Below are positions 9,965 to 19,960 of a stretch of DNA of 64,000 bases, one piece after another. A model generated the notes under the pieces. That model did not search any database, was not told the DNA's origin, and saw nothing but the letters and a program-made list of their open reading frames with translations. Position 1 is the first letter of the stretch. The number at the start of each line of letters is the position of its first letter. The position numbers and the translations under genes are program-made. The stretch spans positions 24,448-88,447 of the forward strand of contig JALWQH010000052.1 of assembly GCA_027083135.1 (NCBI GenBank), read 5' to 3'. This DNA is from Desulfurococcales archaeon. GTDB lineage: Archaea > Thermoproteota > Thermoprotei_A > Sulfolobales > WAQK01.

Positions 9965-12900
9965 GTGTATGATGCCTTGAAAATACGGTTCATGCCCCTT
10001 GACGCAAGCTACGAGGTCAGGGGTAGGAGGCCTGTAATAATAATTTGGGGGATAGATAGGAATGATGAGAGAATAGCTCTTCTAGTTGAAGGGTTCCACC
10101 CATACTTCTATGCTCTCCTCTCCAAGGATGCTGAGTGGAGGGATGTTGCCAGCAGGGTGAAGGCTCTTTCCAAGCCTTCCTCACCCATAGTAGCAGTTGA
10201 ACCTGTTGAGAGGAGATATTATGGGAGGCCTGCACAGGTCCTTAGAATAGCTACAATCATACCCGAGTATGTGAGAACGTATAGGGAGCAGGTGGCTAAG
10301 ATACGTGGAGTCGAGGAAGTATTAGAGGCTGATATAAGATTTGTAATGAGATACCTCATGGATAAAGATGTGAGGCCCTTCTCATGGTACGAGGTTGAGG
10401 TTGAGGAGCAGGGCGATGTGGGAGGAATGAGGGTGAGCAGAGTCTACAAGGCTAAAAGCGATCCTAGTCCAGTTGAGGATAGCTATATGCCGAGCCTAAG
10501 GGTGCTGGCATTCGATATAGAGGTGTATGCGCCTTCAGGGACCCCCCACCCCTCAAAGGATCCCGTCATAATAATCTCAACCATGAACGAGCAGGGGGAG
10601 GTAAGGCAGTTTACAGCCTCAGGACATGATGATAAGGGCGTTATAGAGGGATTTGCAGAGTATGTTAGACGCCATGATCCAGACATAATAGTCGGGTACA
10701 ATAGCAATAAGTTTGACTGGCCCTACCTGCTTGAAAGGGCTAAGAGGCTTGGCGTGAAACTTGATGTGAGTAGAAGGGTAGGTGTAGAACCCGCGACAAG
10801 CGTGTATGGACATATATCAGTTGCAGGGCGCTTAAACGTCGACCTCTACGATTACGCTGAGGAGATGCCTGAGATCAAGGTGAAGAGCCTGGAAAACGTT
10901 GCCGAGTACCTGGGGGTCATGAAGAAGTCTGAGAGAACGATTATAGAATGGTATGAGATGCCTAAATACTGGGATGACCCTGCTAAACGCAGTGTCTTCT
11001 TACAGTATGCTAGAGACGATGTTGTAGCCACATACGGTGTGGCTGAGAAAATACTTCCATTCGCAATTCAGCTCTCCTTTGTCACAGGGCTCCCCTTAGA
11101 CCAGGTGGGGGCAGCCAGCGTGGGTTTCAGGCTGGAATGGTATTTGATGAGGGAAGCATACAAGTATGGTGAACTCGTGCCTAATAGGAGGGAGAGGCCT
11201 CCCCTCAGCTATCGTGGTGCAATAGTCCTTGAGCCTAGGAAGGGAGTGCATGATAATATAGCTGTGCTTGACTTCAGCTCCATGTATCCTAATATCATGA
11301 TAAAATACAATGTGGGTCCAGACACCATTCTGAGGCCAGGTGAGTCTGAGCCTCCTGAAGGTGTATGGGTGGCACCTGAGGTTGGACATAGGTTTAGGAG
11401 GAATCCGCCAGGATTCTTTAAGAAGGTGTTGGAGTATCTCTTAAAGCTGCGTAGAAGCATAAAGGATGAGTTGAAGAAATACCCGCCTGATACACCTGAA
11501 TACAGGGTTCTAAATGAGAGGCAGAAGGCAGTCAAAGTGCTTGCTAACGCCACCTATGGGTACATGGGCTGGACAGCTGCACGCTGGTATTGTAGGGAGT
11601 GCGCAGAAGCAGTTACAGCTTGGGGGAGGCAAACCATAAGCAAGGCCCTGGAGATAGCTAGGAGCCTGGGGTTAGCTACAATCTATGGGGATAGTGTGTC
11701 AGGGAGTACCGAGATACTTGTCAGGAAGAATGGGGAGATACGGTTGGTAAAGATAGCTGAGCTGTTCAGCGGGGAACCTGATCAGAGAAGCCCTGAGGGA
11801 AAGGAGTATAGGTTTCTGAAAGACGTTGAGACGATAACTATAGATAGGGATGGTAGGCTGGTCTGGAAGCCTATACGCTACGTGATGAGGCATAAGGCAG
11901 GGAAGCATATGTATAGGATATGGCTTACTGATGACTGGTACATTGATGTCACCGAGGATCACAGCCTCATAAGCTATGTTAATACGGTTAATGAGGGAAG
12001 GGTGAATGCTGAAAGGGCGAGGCTAGTTGAAGTAAAGCCCACTGAGCTTAGGGAACATGCTGAAGTCCTGGTCGTCCCTAATGCCCCTATAATAAGTGGC
12101 TCTGAGGCCAGCAGTATTGATGAGAGGGTATGGGAGTTTGTGGGACTAGTCGTAGGTAATGGGAGCAGTGTGGAGGAGCATCTAGGCAAATATTATGTAC
12201 GATTGCATCTAGGGGGGGATAAGGAGGAGATATCTGAAAGACTGCTTAAACAGCTGGAAAAAGCCGGAGTCATAAGCAACTGGTATGAGGAGGATGGGAG
12301 AGGAGTTATCATCGTCCTCTCAAAGAAGTTGGCCGAGATCCTTGGGGACTTCGAGGTATCTGAAGGCAGGATCATCCCAGCATACATGCTGAGCATGCCT
12401 GAGCCTCTAATAAGGGCGTTTCTAAGAGGCTATTCCACGGCTAATGGCACTGTTATGCTCAGGGATGGAAAACCCCTGGTAAGACTGACAGCAGTAAATG
12501 AGGATGTAGCCAGGATTATTAGAGCCCTGCTCTTCATCACCGGCATCTCTAATAATGTTCTCAGAGGAAATGATTCTAGTAGGCTTATTGGAGACGGACT
12601 TAGCGTTTACAGCAGGCATATTGTTGTAAAAAATGTTGTAGGATTCGCTGAGAAAGTGGGGTTCCTGTCGGATAGGGAGAATAAGAGGCTTCTTGAAGCC
12701 ATACGTAATGTAAGGGAAAACGGTGTAAGAGACGCGGGCTTCGATCTACAAGCAGTACGGAGGGTTGAGAGTATAGGAAACAAGGGGTATGTATACGACA
12801 TAGAGGTTGAGAGTACTCATAGGTTCTTCGCCAACTGGATCCTAGTGCATAATACAGACTCCCTGTTCGTATCTTATAAGCCTGGAGCCGTGGAGGAGTT

Positions 12901-13516
12901 TATACGTAGGATTGAGGAGGAGCTTGGCTTCGACATCAAGGTTGATAAGCTGTATACTAGGGTGTTCTTCACCGAGGCTAAGAAGCGGTACATAGGTCTG
13001 CTTTCAGATGGTAGGATAGATATTGTTGGGTTTGAGGCTATAAGGGGTGATTGGGCAGAGATAGCTAAAGAGATCCAGGAGCAGGTGGCTGAGATAATAT
13101 TGAGGAAGGGCGATGTAGAGGAGGCTGTGAGGCATGTGAGAAGAGTTATAGAGAGGCTGCGTGAGGGGAAGATTCCTTTAGAGAAACTGGTGATATGGAA
13201 GACCCTCACCAAGCCTCTTAAAGAATATGCTGTTGAGGCGCCTCACGTTGCTGCTGCTAGGAGGATGCAGGAGGCTGGATACAAGGTGGAGGTAGGTGAT
13301 AAGATAGGGTACATTGTGGTGAGGGGGAAAGGCAGGCTTTCAGATAAGGCTTATCCTTACTTCATGGTCTCATCAGACCAGGTTGACTACGACTACTATG
13401 CTGAACGCCAGATAATTCCCGCCGCCTTAAGGATCCTAGGTTATTATGGTATAACTGAGACGAGGCTGAAGGCAGCCTCTAAGGGACAAAAAAGCCTCTT
13501 CGACTATCTAGGATGA
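9965..13516 (+). CDS. polB3: Family B DNA polymerase (PolB3) precursor containing one intein
   Basis: Exo I AFDIE, YNSNKFDWPYL, DFSSMYP, KVLANATYG, YGD|TDS split by intein; extein 796 aa. Confidence 0.96.
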   Translation: MYDALKIRFMPLDASYEVRGRRPVIIIWGIDRNDERIALLVEGFHPYFYALLSKDAEWRDVASRVKALSKPSSPIVAVEPVERRYYGRPAQVLRIATIIPEYVRTYREQVAKIRGVEEVLEADIRFVMRYLMDKDVRPFSWYEVEVEEQGDVGGMRVSRVYKAKSDPSPVEDSYMPSLRVLAFDIEVYAPSGTPHPSKDPVIIISTMNEQGEVRQFTASGHDDKGVIEGFAEYVRRHDPDIIVGYNSNKFDWPYLLERAKRLGVKLDVSRRVGVEPATSVYGHISVAGRLNVDLYDYAEEMPEIKVKSLENVAEYLGVMKKSERTIIEWYEMPKYWDDPAKRSVFLQYARDDVVATYGVAEKILPFAIQLSFVTGLPLDQVGAASVGFRLEWYLMREAYKYGELVPNRRERPPLSYRGAIVLEPRKGVHDNIAVLDFSSMYPNIMIKYNVGPDTILRPGESEPPEGVWVAPEVGHRFRRNPPGFFKKVLEYLLKLRRSIKDELKKYPPDTPEYRVLNERQKAVKVLANATYGYMGWTAARWYCRECAEAVTAWGRQTISKALEIARSLGLATIYGDSVSGSTEILVRKNGEIRLVKIAELFSGEPDQRSPEGKEYRFLKDVETITIDRDGRLVWKPIRYVMRHKAGKHMYRIWLTDDWYIDVTEDHSLISYVNTVNEGRVNAERARLVEVKPTELREHAEVLVVPNAPIISGSEASSIDERVWEFVGLVVGNGSSVEEHLGKYYVRLHLGGDKEEISERLLKQLEKAGVISNWYEEDGRGVIIVLSKKLAEILGDFEVSEGRIIPAYMLSMPEPLIRAFLRGYSTANGTVMLRDGKPLVRLTAVNEDVARIIRALLFITGISNNVLRGNDSSRLIGDGLSVYSRHIVVKNVVGFAEKVGFLSDRENKRLLEAIRNVRENGVRDAGFDLQAVRRVESIGNKGYVYDIEVESTHRFFANWILVHNTDSLFVSYKPGAVEEFIRRIEEELGFDIKVDKLYTRVFFTEAKKRYIGLLSDGRIDIVGFEAIRGDWAEIAKEIQEQVAEIILRKGDVEEAVRHVRRVIERLREGKIPLEKLVIWKTLTKPLKEYAVEAPHVAAARRMQEAGYKVEVGDKIGYIVVRGKGRLSDKAYPYFMVSSDQVDYDYYAERQIIPAALRILGYYGITETRLKAASKGQKSLFDYLG
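11693..12853 (+). mobile_element. Intein (387 aa) at the YGD/TDS (pol-c) site with degenerate LAGLIDADG homing endonuclease
   Basis: Begins SVSGSTEIL after YGD, block B VTEDHSL, block F YVYDIEVES, ends ILVHN followed by Thr; central motifs EFVGLVVGNGS and AFLRGYSTANGT. Confidence 0.95.
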
Positions 13517-14680
13517 AAGCACATCGTTAAACGTGAGGAGCTGTAGGTCGAAAGGCCTCTTTGTAACACTACCCATCTTAGCACCTATAATTATCTTCAC
13601 GCCTTTAGATGAGGCGACGTCGACCAGCCTAGGAGTTATTATGCCGTCGAATACTACGGCGTAAGCTTTATCCTCATTCATTTGGGCTAGTCTATCCACG
13701 AGGTCTCGGACAGGCAGCCTCTCCACGGCTTTCCATTCCTTATCATATATTATTGCCTCCAGCGTTCCCTGCAGCGATTTCATATCCTTCAATAAGTGTT
13801 CTGGGAGGGTGAACATCTTCTCCTCGACCTCAGGTTTCGCCTCGGCCTGGGGAGCTCGAGGCCTCTTGGTGATCATTGCTAAGTACTGGGCAACCGGGAT
13901 TTTGTTTCTTAATGCTCTTTCAATCTCCTTGCCTGAGAGGTCTTCAACCTCCTTACCCGGCGGAGCCCTAGCCACATAGTCTATGTCAGCCACTTTCAGC
14001 AGTTCTCTCAGTATTAGTTCTCCACCGTGATCGCCGTCCACGAAGGCTATGGCTGTTTTCTCCCTGGCCAGCTTAATTATTGTTTCAGGTATTTTGCCTG
14101 TTGCCCCCTCAAGCGCGATGACATTAGTGTAGCCATATTGGAGGAGGTTGAGGACATCGGCTCGTCCCTCAACTATGATTATTGTGTCGGAGGATTCGAT
14201 TCCAGGCCCTGCGGGGAGGCCTTCAGGCCCATATTTAGTTATCTCGGGTGGTTTCAGCGCCTTGCTTATCTCGTTTACCACTGCCTTCAGGTCGAGTTCC
14301 TTCTCCCGCCCCCATGTCATCAATATTTCCTTGGCACGCTCGATTATCTTCCTCAGCCTCTCCTCTCTTAGATCAACTATTTCAAGCAGCTGTACACGTG
14401 CGTTATAGGGCCCTACTTTATCAATGTTTTCAAGCATTGCTGCTATAAGTGCTGTCTCTATCCTGTCGAGGTTTGAAGGTATTATTATCTCTCCAACGGT
14501 TTTCGAGTTAACGCTCTTGAGATCCACGTGGATCCTGCCTATCCTACCCTTATCCTGCAGGTCCCGTAGATCGAAGCTTGGGCCTAGCAGCCCCTCAGTC
14601 TGACCGAATATTGCCCCTATGACGTCGGGTTTATCCACCATGCCGTCAACCTGTATTCTGGCTTTTACCAGGTACTTCAT
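13508..14680 (-). CDS. dnaG: Archaeal DnaG (exosome-associated TOPRIM protein)
   Basis: DVIGAIFGQTEGLLG, IIVEGRADV, FVDGDHGG. Confidence 0.96.
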   Translation of the reverse strand: MKYLVKARIQVDGMVDKPDVIGAIFGQTEGLLGPSFDLRDLQDKGRIGRIHVDLKSVNSKTVGEIIIPSNLDRIETALIAAMLENIDKVGPYNARVQLLEIVDLREERLRKIIERAKEILMTWGREKELDLKAVVNEISKALKPPEITKYGPEGLPAGPGIESSDTIIIVEGRADVLNLLQYGYTNVIALEGATGKIPETIIKLAREKTAIAFVDGDHGGELILRELLKVADIDYVARAPPGKEVEDLSGKEIERALRNKIPVAQYLAMITKRPRAPQAEAKPEVEEKMFTLPEHLLKDMKSLQGTLEAIIYDKEWKAVERLPVRDLVDRLAQMNEDKAYAVVFDGIITPRLVDVASSKGVKIIIGAKMGSVTKRPFDLQLLTFNDVLSS

Positions 14681-14762
14681 GTCTGGTCACCGTTTCCTGT
14701 CTACGATACCAGGATTGGTAGTTCACAATAGGGTTTGCGGCTAGCCTCTTTTAAGCTATAGG

Positions 14763-15866
14763 TTACCTTGAAACTTTCGTGTTGGCTAGTTTTTCAAGTA
14801 TGCGTCTAGCCTCAGCATCCTCCTTAAACCTCCTCCTCACAGGCTCAAGTATTTTCGCCAGGGCTTCGGCTGTAGCTTTCTTCAAGTCGAGCGGATGCAG
14901 CTTCCCCTCCGCATATAGTTTTTCAAGCTCCTCATAGCTGTAGATGTCTAGGGGGCCTCCATACTTGGCAGGCCTATCCACGTGAAGGATGAAGCCAGGC
15001 TCCGCGAACAATATATACTTGTTAATCTCCATCACTGGATTATACCTTGCTATCCGCGGAGGACAGTAGGCCTTCATTATCTTCCTCCTAATATCCTCGG
15101 GGCTATCGTGTACGAAGAGGGCTGTCTCAGGCTTCGACTTGCTCATCTTGTAATCTACTGCATGAGCCTCTTCATCCAGCCTTGCTGTCTCCATGCGCCC
15201 TACGCCTTGAAGCCCTGTGAGCAGGGGTGTGTGTATAGCCACGACTTTCTTCCTTCCAAGCTTTGATGCCAGCTCTCTTGCAAGCATGTGTGCCTTCCGC
15301 TGATCGGTTCCTCCTAACGCTATATCCAGGTCGAGCATGAAGATATCTGTAACCTGCATGCAGGGGTATATAAGCTTGGAGAAATCCATCTCTGCTTCAT
15401 CAGCCCTCCGCCCCATTATAGTTAGGGCTCTTTTAATCCTGGCGAGCGATGCTGATTTCGCCACCTTGATGAGTGTTGCCCAGTAGTCTTTACTCGAGAC
15501 GAGCTCCTCAGCATCTATCCTCCTAACTCTTGATGAATTGACTCCAAGGGCCTCAAGCACTATTGAAACATATCTCGCCGCATCCCTGATGAGCCCCATG
15601 TCTCCGCCTAGCTTATCATTTATCCATGCATGCCACGTAGCTTCAAGCAGCGTGAAATCTACTCCGGCTTCAACAAGATCTCTTACCTTCCTAGCCCATA
15701 TCATCCAGCCTACGTGGAAAAGCCCGCTAGGCTCGAATCCAAGGTAAGCTTTAGGATGAGCATTGGTTTCAAAGAGCAGTTTCAGCTCCTCTAAGGTTAT
15801 TATCTCAGCGGTATTCCTGGATGCTAGCTGCACCTTGCTCTCCACATCCATGCCTGATCCCCGCAT
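14763..15866 (-). CDS. tyrS: Tyrosyl-tRNA synthetase
   Basis: YLGFEPSG..HVG, YPCMQVTD, GGTDQRKAH, KMSKS; true start may be the Met at 15851. Confidence 0.96.
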   Translation of the reverse strand: MRGSGMDVESKVQLASRNTAEIITLEELKLLFETNAHPKAYLGFEPSGLFHVGWMIWARKVRDLVEAGVDFTLLEATWHAWINDKLGGDMGLIRDAARYVSIVLEALGVNSSRVRRIDAEELVSSKDYWATLIKVAKSASLARIKRALTIMGRRADEAEMDFSKLIYPCMQVTDIFMLDLDIALGGTDQRKAHMLARELASKLGRKKVVAIHTPLLTGLQGVGRMETARLDEEAHAVDYKMSKSKPETALFVHDSPEDIRRKIMKAYCPPRIARYNPVMEINKYILFAEPGFILHVDRPAKYGGPLDIYSYEELEKLYAEGKLHPLDLKKATAEALAKILEPVRRRFKEDAEARRILEKLANTKVSR

Positions 15867-15943
15867 TATCTCTGCTTACCTATGAGGCTCTCTTATTATA
15901 GTTTAGCTTCGGAAAGCTTGATAGGGCTCGCATATAGTATTCA

Positions 15944-16004
15944 TGTGGGGCGGCTCACTTAGGCCCCGTCGGAGAGAGCCTGGCTGAGGGGGCTTGCCGC
16001 CCGC
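15944..16004. other. GC-rich nested hairpin between pheT and tyrS (candidate structured RNA)
   Basis: GGGCGGC/GCCGCCC and AGGCCCC/GGGGCTT stems; on the minus strand the hairpin is followed by ACA. Confidence 0.4.
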
Positions 16005-16018
16005 TGTGATGCTAGGTG

Positions 16019-17701
16019 TTAGCGGCGGGGTACAGCCGCCCCCGTTAAATCAGCTTCGAATCCTGCTACAGGGTAACGTATGTTCCTTGACTCGAGAATC
16101 TCCGGCCTTACCTCGCCTAAAATAGCCTTGCCTCCGGGGAACTTTATTTCAGCGCATCTGCCATCCATGAATAATGCATGCGTGTGTTTCTCTGCATGGA
16201 GGCTTAACCCGAGGTTCCTCAGCAGCGAGTATAGTGCCGCCTGTATTTCCTCAAATCCTGTCTTAGAGGACATCACAGCTGCTGCTACGTGTAGCCTGGT
16301 TCTCACCTTGGTCTCAGCTTTCTCATCAACCTCTACCACGTCTCCTACCTCAAACACCTTAACAGGCATTTCTGCATACTGGTTTAGAGACAATGTTCTG
16401 AGGAGGCCTGGCAGGATCATTGCTCGAAGCGCTGAAAGGTCGTGCGAAATAGGGTTGGCTACGATCACTATTCTCTCCTTAGAAATACCTGATTCAGCCA
16501 TGTCATCTGGATTTGACAACATGAATCCAAGGATCTCCTGGAATCCCAGTCCTATCATGAGGTCTCTCACCGCGTTGATCAGCCTCCACTTCGGTAGTGG
16601 TTGAGGCCTTGTACGCTTCTCCAGAAAGGATAACGGTATGGCTGAATACCCTATGCTCATAGCTATATCTTCGACTAAATCCACAGGGTGCAGGAAGTCA
16701 GCTCTGAATGGAGGTATAAGTGCCCTAACCTCCCTGCCCTCAGCCTCTGCATCCAGCCTCATTCTTGCTAGATGATACGCGGCCTCTCGGGCACTTATAC
16801 TGATGCCTAGCAGTCTGGAGGCATACTCTGCATCTAACCTCATCTCCCTGACTCTGAGAAGAGGTGTCTTCTCAACGCTCTTAATCCCGTATACTTTAAT
16901 TCTCCCTATGCTTCCTCCGCGTTCTGCAAGCGTGGTTGAAACTATATCTATGGTTTGAAGCACTGCGTTAAGATCTGTTCCTGTGACATCTATGAGGAGG
17001 TGCTTTGTGCCAGGCTCTATCCTCGTGATCTCGGCATTTATTACTGGGGGCATGCTTATAGGCTCTCCGCCTGCCAGTATAAGGGGGTGTTTATCACCGC
17101 TGAGTGCCAGGTTTCCATAGCTCCTGCCCTGCTCTGTCCCAGCCAGTATTTGCCTCATGCTCATAGGCTTATCTCCATGTAGGGGTGTGAATACAACCTC
17201 ATCTACGCTGTATGCTCCATACACTAAGCTGCGGCTTGGAAGCTTATCTAGGTCGTGTAGCCCTATAGCCATCTTTCTCCTCCGGCGTCCTAGGGTTGCA
17301 TGAAGCTTTTCCTGAAATTCGACGAGTTCTACTAGGAACTCCTCGTCGACGTTAACGTCTCGTACGATGGCAACGGCTATGTAAGGCCTGCTTGGAACAT
17401 CCTTCACCCTCAGCTCTAGGTCCTCATCTACTACTCGGTAGCGGGGCATGCCCAGCTCTAAGCCCAGTATTCCTTTAGCAGCCCTAGCTATGCCCTCTGC
17501 TAGCAGCATGTCGGGCCTATCGCTGTTAACCTCTATTTCCATGCGTCCATCCTCAAGTAGATCAGCCTCACACTTAAGCCTGAAGAGAAGCTCCTTGATT
17601 TCATCTAAGCTCAGATCTCTTCCAAGAAGCTCAATTATTCTCTGAGGATAGGTGTGTATTACTGGCGTAGCCACCACCTCACAGGTTGCTCTCTCAGCCA
17701 T
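16019..17701 (-). CDS. pheT: Phenylalanyl-tRNA synthetase beta subunit
   Basis: NSDRPD, FQEKLH..GRRRRKMAIGLHD, RADFLHPVDLVEDIA; directly downstream of pheS. Confidence 0.96.
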   Translation of the reverse strand: MAERATCEVVATPVIHTYPQRIIELLGRDLSLDEIKELLFRLKCEADLLEDGRMEIEVNSDRPDMLLAEGIARAAKGILGLELGMPRYRVVDEDLELRVKDVPSRPYIAVAIVRDVNVDEEFLVELVEFQEKLHATLGRRRRKMAIGLHDLDKLPSRSLVYGAYSVDEVVFTPLHGDKPMSMRQILAGTEQGRSYGNLALSGDKHPLILAGGEPISMPPVINAEITRIEPGTKHLLIDVTGTDLNAVLQTIDIVSTTLAERGGSIGRIKVYGIKSVEKTPLLRVREMRLDAEYASRLLGISISAREAAYHLARMRLDAEAEGREVRALIPPFRADFLHPVDLVEDIAMSIGYSAIPLSFLEKRTRPQPLPKWRLINAVRDLMIGLGFQEILGFMLSNPDDMAESGISKERIVIVANPISHDLSALRAMILPGLLRTLSLNQYAEMPVKVFEVGDVVEVDEKAETKVRTRLHVAAAVMSSKTGFEEIQAALYSLLRNLGLSLHAEKHTHALFMDGRCAEIKFPGGKAILGEVRPEILESRNIRYPVAGFEADLTGAAVPRR

Positions 17702-19134
17702 GAAATATCCTGCGAGTACATTTTCCTGATGTCATCTATACCCATGAGCGTCATCGCTATTCTATCCAACCCCATGCCCCACGCCCCTACAGGGTTCTCT
17801 ACGCCTAGTGCTTCGAGGACCTCGGGCCTGAACATGCCTGCTCCGAATACTTCAACCCAGCCTTTCCCCTCGATCCACACGTATCCCTCGACGCTGGGCT
17901 CCGTGAATGGGAAGTATCCGGGCTTAAACTTAACCTCCTCTATGCCGAGCCTCTCAAAGAACTCTTTGATTACTCCGAGAAGCCTGGAGAAACTCATATC
18001 CTCCTCCATGACTATTCCCTCAAACTGATGGAACTCTGGCAGATGCCTAGAGTCTATGACGTCTGGCCTAAACACCCTGCCTATGCTGAATACTCGTAGC
18101 GGAGGCTTAGGCGACGAGGCCAGCACTCTTGCTGAGACCGCCGTGGTCTGTGAGCGTAGTACGAGCCTAGCAGCTATTGCTGGATCCCACTTGTACCCCC
18201 AGCCTGTGCTTCCACTTCTACCCCCATGCTCATGTATACTTCTTACTCTTTCCATGATTTCTCCGAGTTCTTCTAGGCTGCCTCGGCTGGGGTGTTTAAG
18301 CCAGAAGGTGTCGTGGATCTCTCTGGCCGGATGATCTTGGGCCTGAAACAATACATCATAGTTCCAGAACTCTGTCTCCACGTAGGGCCCCTCAGCCTCC
18401 TTGAACCCCATCTCGTAGAGTATGCTTCTAACCATGTTCATGAACTCCACAAAGAAGTGTTTTTTGCCAGGGTATAGTCTAGGAGGCTCTGCTACCACAT
18501 TATAGGGCTTGAAGGAGTATTTACGCCAGGTGCCTGAGACAAGCATTTCAGGAGTGAGCCGGGAAGCCTCTACCATAGCTTCTGCCAATATTTCTTCAGG
18601 TCTTCTCAGAGGCCTCACTATTACGACATGCTCTTCTACGGGTTCGAGCATGTGTCTTGAGGCCAGCTCCTTGAACCCGTGATCTCCTTCTGCCTTCCCC
18701 TCAGCAGCTTTTTTAAGCATCATTCTATGCTTCTCGTTTACTGCTCCAGGCTTCAATAACACTACTCTGCCTCTCTTAATCCTCACCCATCCGAGCTTCT
18801 TAGCCCATCCAAGCGCTACTGTGAGGGTGTTTTTATCCATCCTGTCTGCCAGCTTTCTGATATCCGCTTCTCCCCCCATTGCTTCAAGCAGTCTGATAAG
18901 CTTTTCCTCGGGGAATCCTTCTAGAAGGGCTCTCCTACCCTCCTCTGTAAGCCTGTATGTGATCTTCTTAACCCTAGATACTTCGAGCAGGCCTTTCTCT
19001 CTTAGAAGCTCGATGCCTGCCATTATTGTTGATGCTGGGAGGCTGCTCCTCCTAGCCAGCTCCTCAACCTTCATCTCCTCTGCTTCTCTCAGAGCCTCCA
19101 CTATCTTATGCTCCGTCTCGCTGAGCCTTATCAT
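17659..19134 (-). CDS. pheS: Phenylalanyl-tRNA synthetase alpha subunit
   Basis: QDHPAREIHDTF, HLPEFHQFEG, YFPFTEPS, AWGMGLDR. Confidence 0.97.
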   Translation of the reverse strand: MIRLSETEHKIVEALREAEEMKVEELARRSSLPASTIMAGIELLREKGLLEVSRVKKITYRLTEEGRRALLEGFPEEKLIRLLEAMGGEADIRKLADRMDKNTLTVALGWAKKLGWVRIKRGRVVLLKPGAVNEKHRMMLKKAAEGKAEGDHGFKELASRHMLEPVEEHVVIVRPLRRPEEILAEAMVEASRLTPEMLVSGTWRKYSFKPYNVVAEPPRLYPGKKHFFVEFMNMVRSILYEMGFKEAEGPYVETEFWNYDVLFQAQDHPAREIHDTFWLKHPSRGSLEELGEIMERVRSIHEHGGRSGSTGWGYKWDPAIAARLVLRSQTTAVSARVLASSPKPPLRVFSIGRVFRPDVIDSRHLPEFHQFEGIVMEEDMSFSRLLGVIKEFFERLGIEEVKFKPGYFPFTEPSVEGYVWIEGKGWVEVFGAGMFRPEVLEALGVENPVGAWGMGLDRIAMTLMGIDDIRKMYSQDISWLREQPVRWWLRQ

Positions 19135-19194
19135 CGGCTTCCTCCTCTCGTTGAAGGGAGGGTTTATAGGGATAATTAAAAATAGTGTGGGAGC

Positions 19195-19887
19195 CTAGAA
19201 CTCAAGCTTCTCGCCGGGTTTAAGTACGGCTATTTTTGTGGGGAGGCCTTTCTCCTCAACTCTCCTTTTAAACTCGTCTGGTGTCCCTGTGAGCATGGGG
19301 AACGTGCCGTAATGCATTGGTATGGCTATCCTAGGCTTAAGCATTTCAACAGCCTTGGCAGCCTGGTAGGGATCCATGGTGAAGTGCCCTCCTATGGGAA
19401 GCATGGCAATATCTATTTTGTACAGCTCTCCGAGCAGCGCCATCTCCGCGAATAGGCCTGTGTCGCCTGCATGATATATTGTTGCCTCTTTGCCTAGAAG
19501 CATGACGCCTGTAGGGGATCCTCTCTCAGCACTATGCAGCGCAGGGGTCAGCATTATCCTTGTCCCAGCAACGTTCATGGGGCCTCCTATATTACCTCCG
19601 ATAATCCTATCCTGAGGAATGCCCTTCTCGCCTGCGAGTAGGGCTAGCTCATATATTGCGGCGAACACTGCCTTAGGGTTTGCTTTCAGCAAGTCTATGG
19701 CCTCGCCTAAATGGTCGCCATGATCATGTGTAACAACCACTATGTCGACATTACCTGTGTAGTCCTTAAGGGATGCCACGCTTTTAGGGTTTGAGAGCCA
19801 GGGATCAATGAGTATTCTCCTACCATCCAGCACTACTTCGAAGGCCGAGTGGCCTAGATATCTCACATACCCCATAATTTCCACCAT
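19195..19887 (-). CDS. Metallo-beta-lactamase-fold metal-dependent hydrolase (UPF0173-like)
   Basis: THDHGDH, YHAGDT, LPIGGHFTM, IPMHYGTF. Confidence 0.9.
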   Translation of the reverse strand: MVEIMGYVRYLGHSAFEVVLDGRRILIDPWLSNPKSVASLKDYTGNVDIVVVTHDHGDHLGEAIDLLKANPKAVFAAIYELALLAGEKGIPQDRIIGGNIGGPMNVAGTRIMLTPALHSAERGSPTGVMLLGKEATIYHAGDTGLFAEMALLGELYKIDIAMLPIGGHFTMDPYQAAKAVEMLKPRIAIPMHYGTFPMLTGTPDEFKRRVEEKGLPTKIAVLKPGEKLEF

Positions 19888-19960
19888 TCTTTAAGGAGGC
19901 GGAGTAGGAAAAAATATTTCGCCTGAATGTTAGAGTGGGTTCCCGCAGAGGCGCTGGGCT

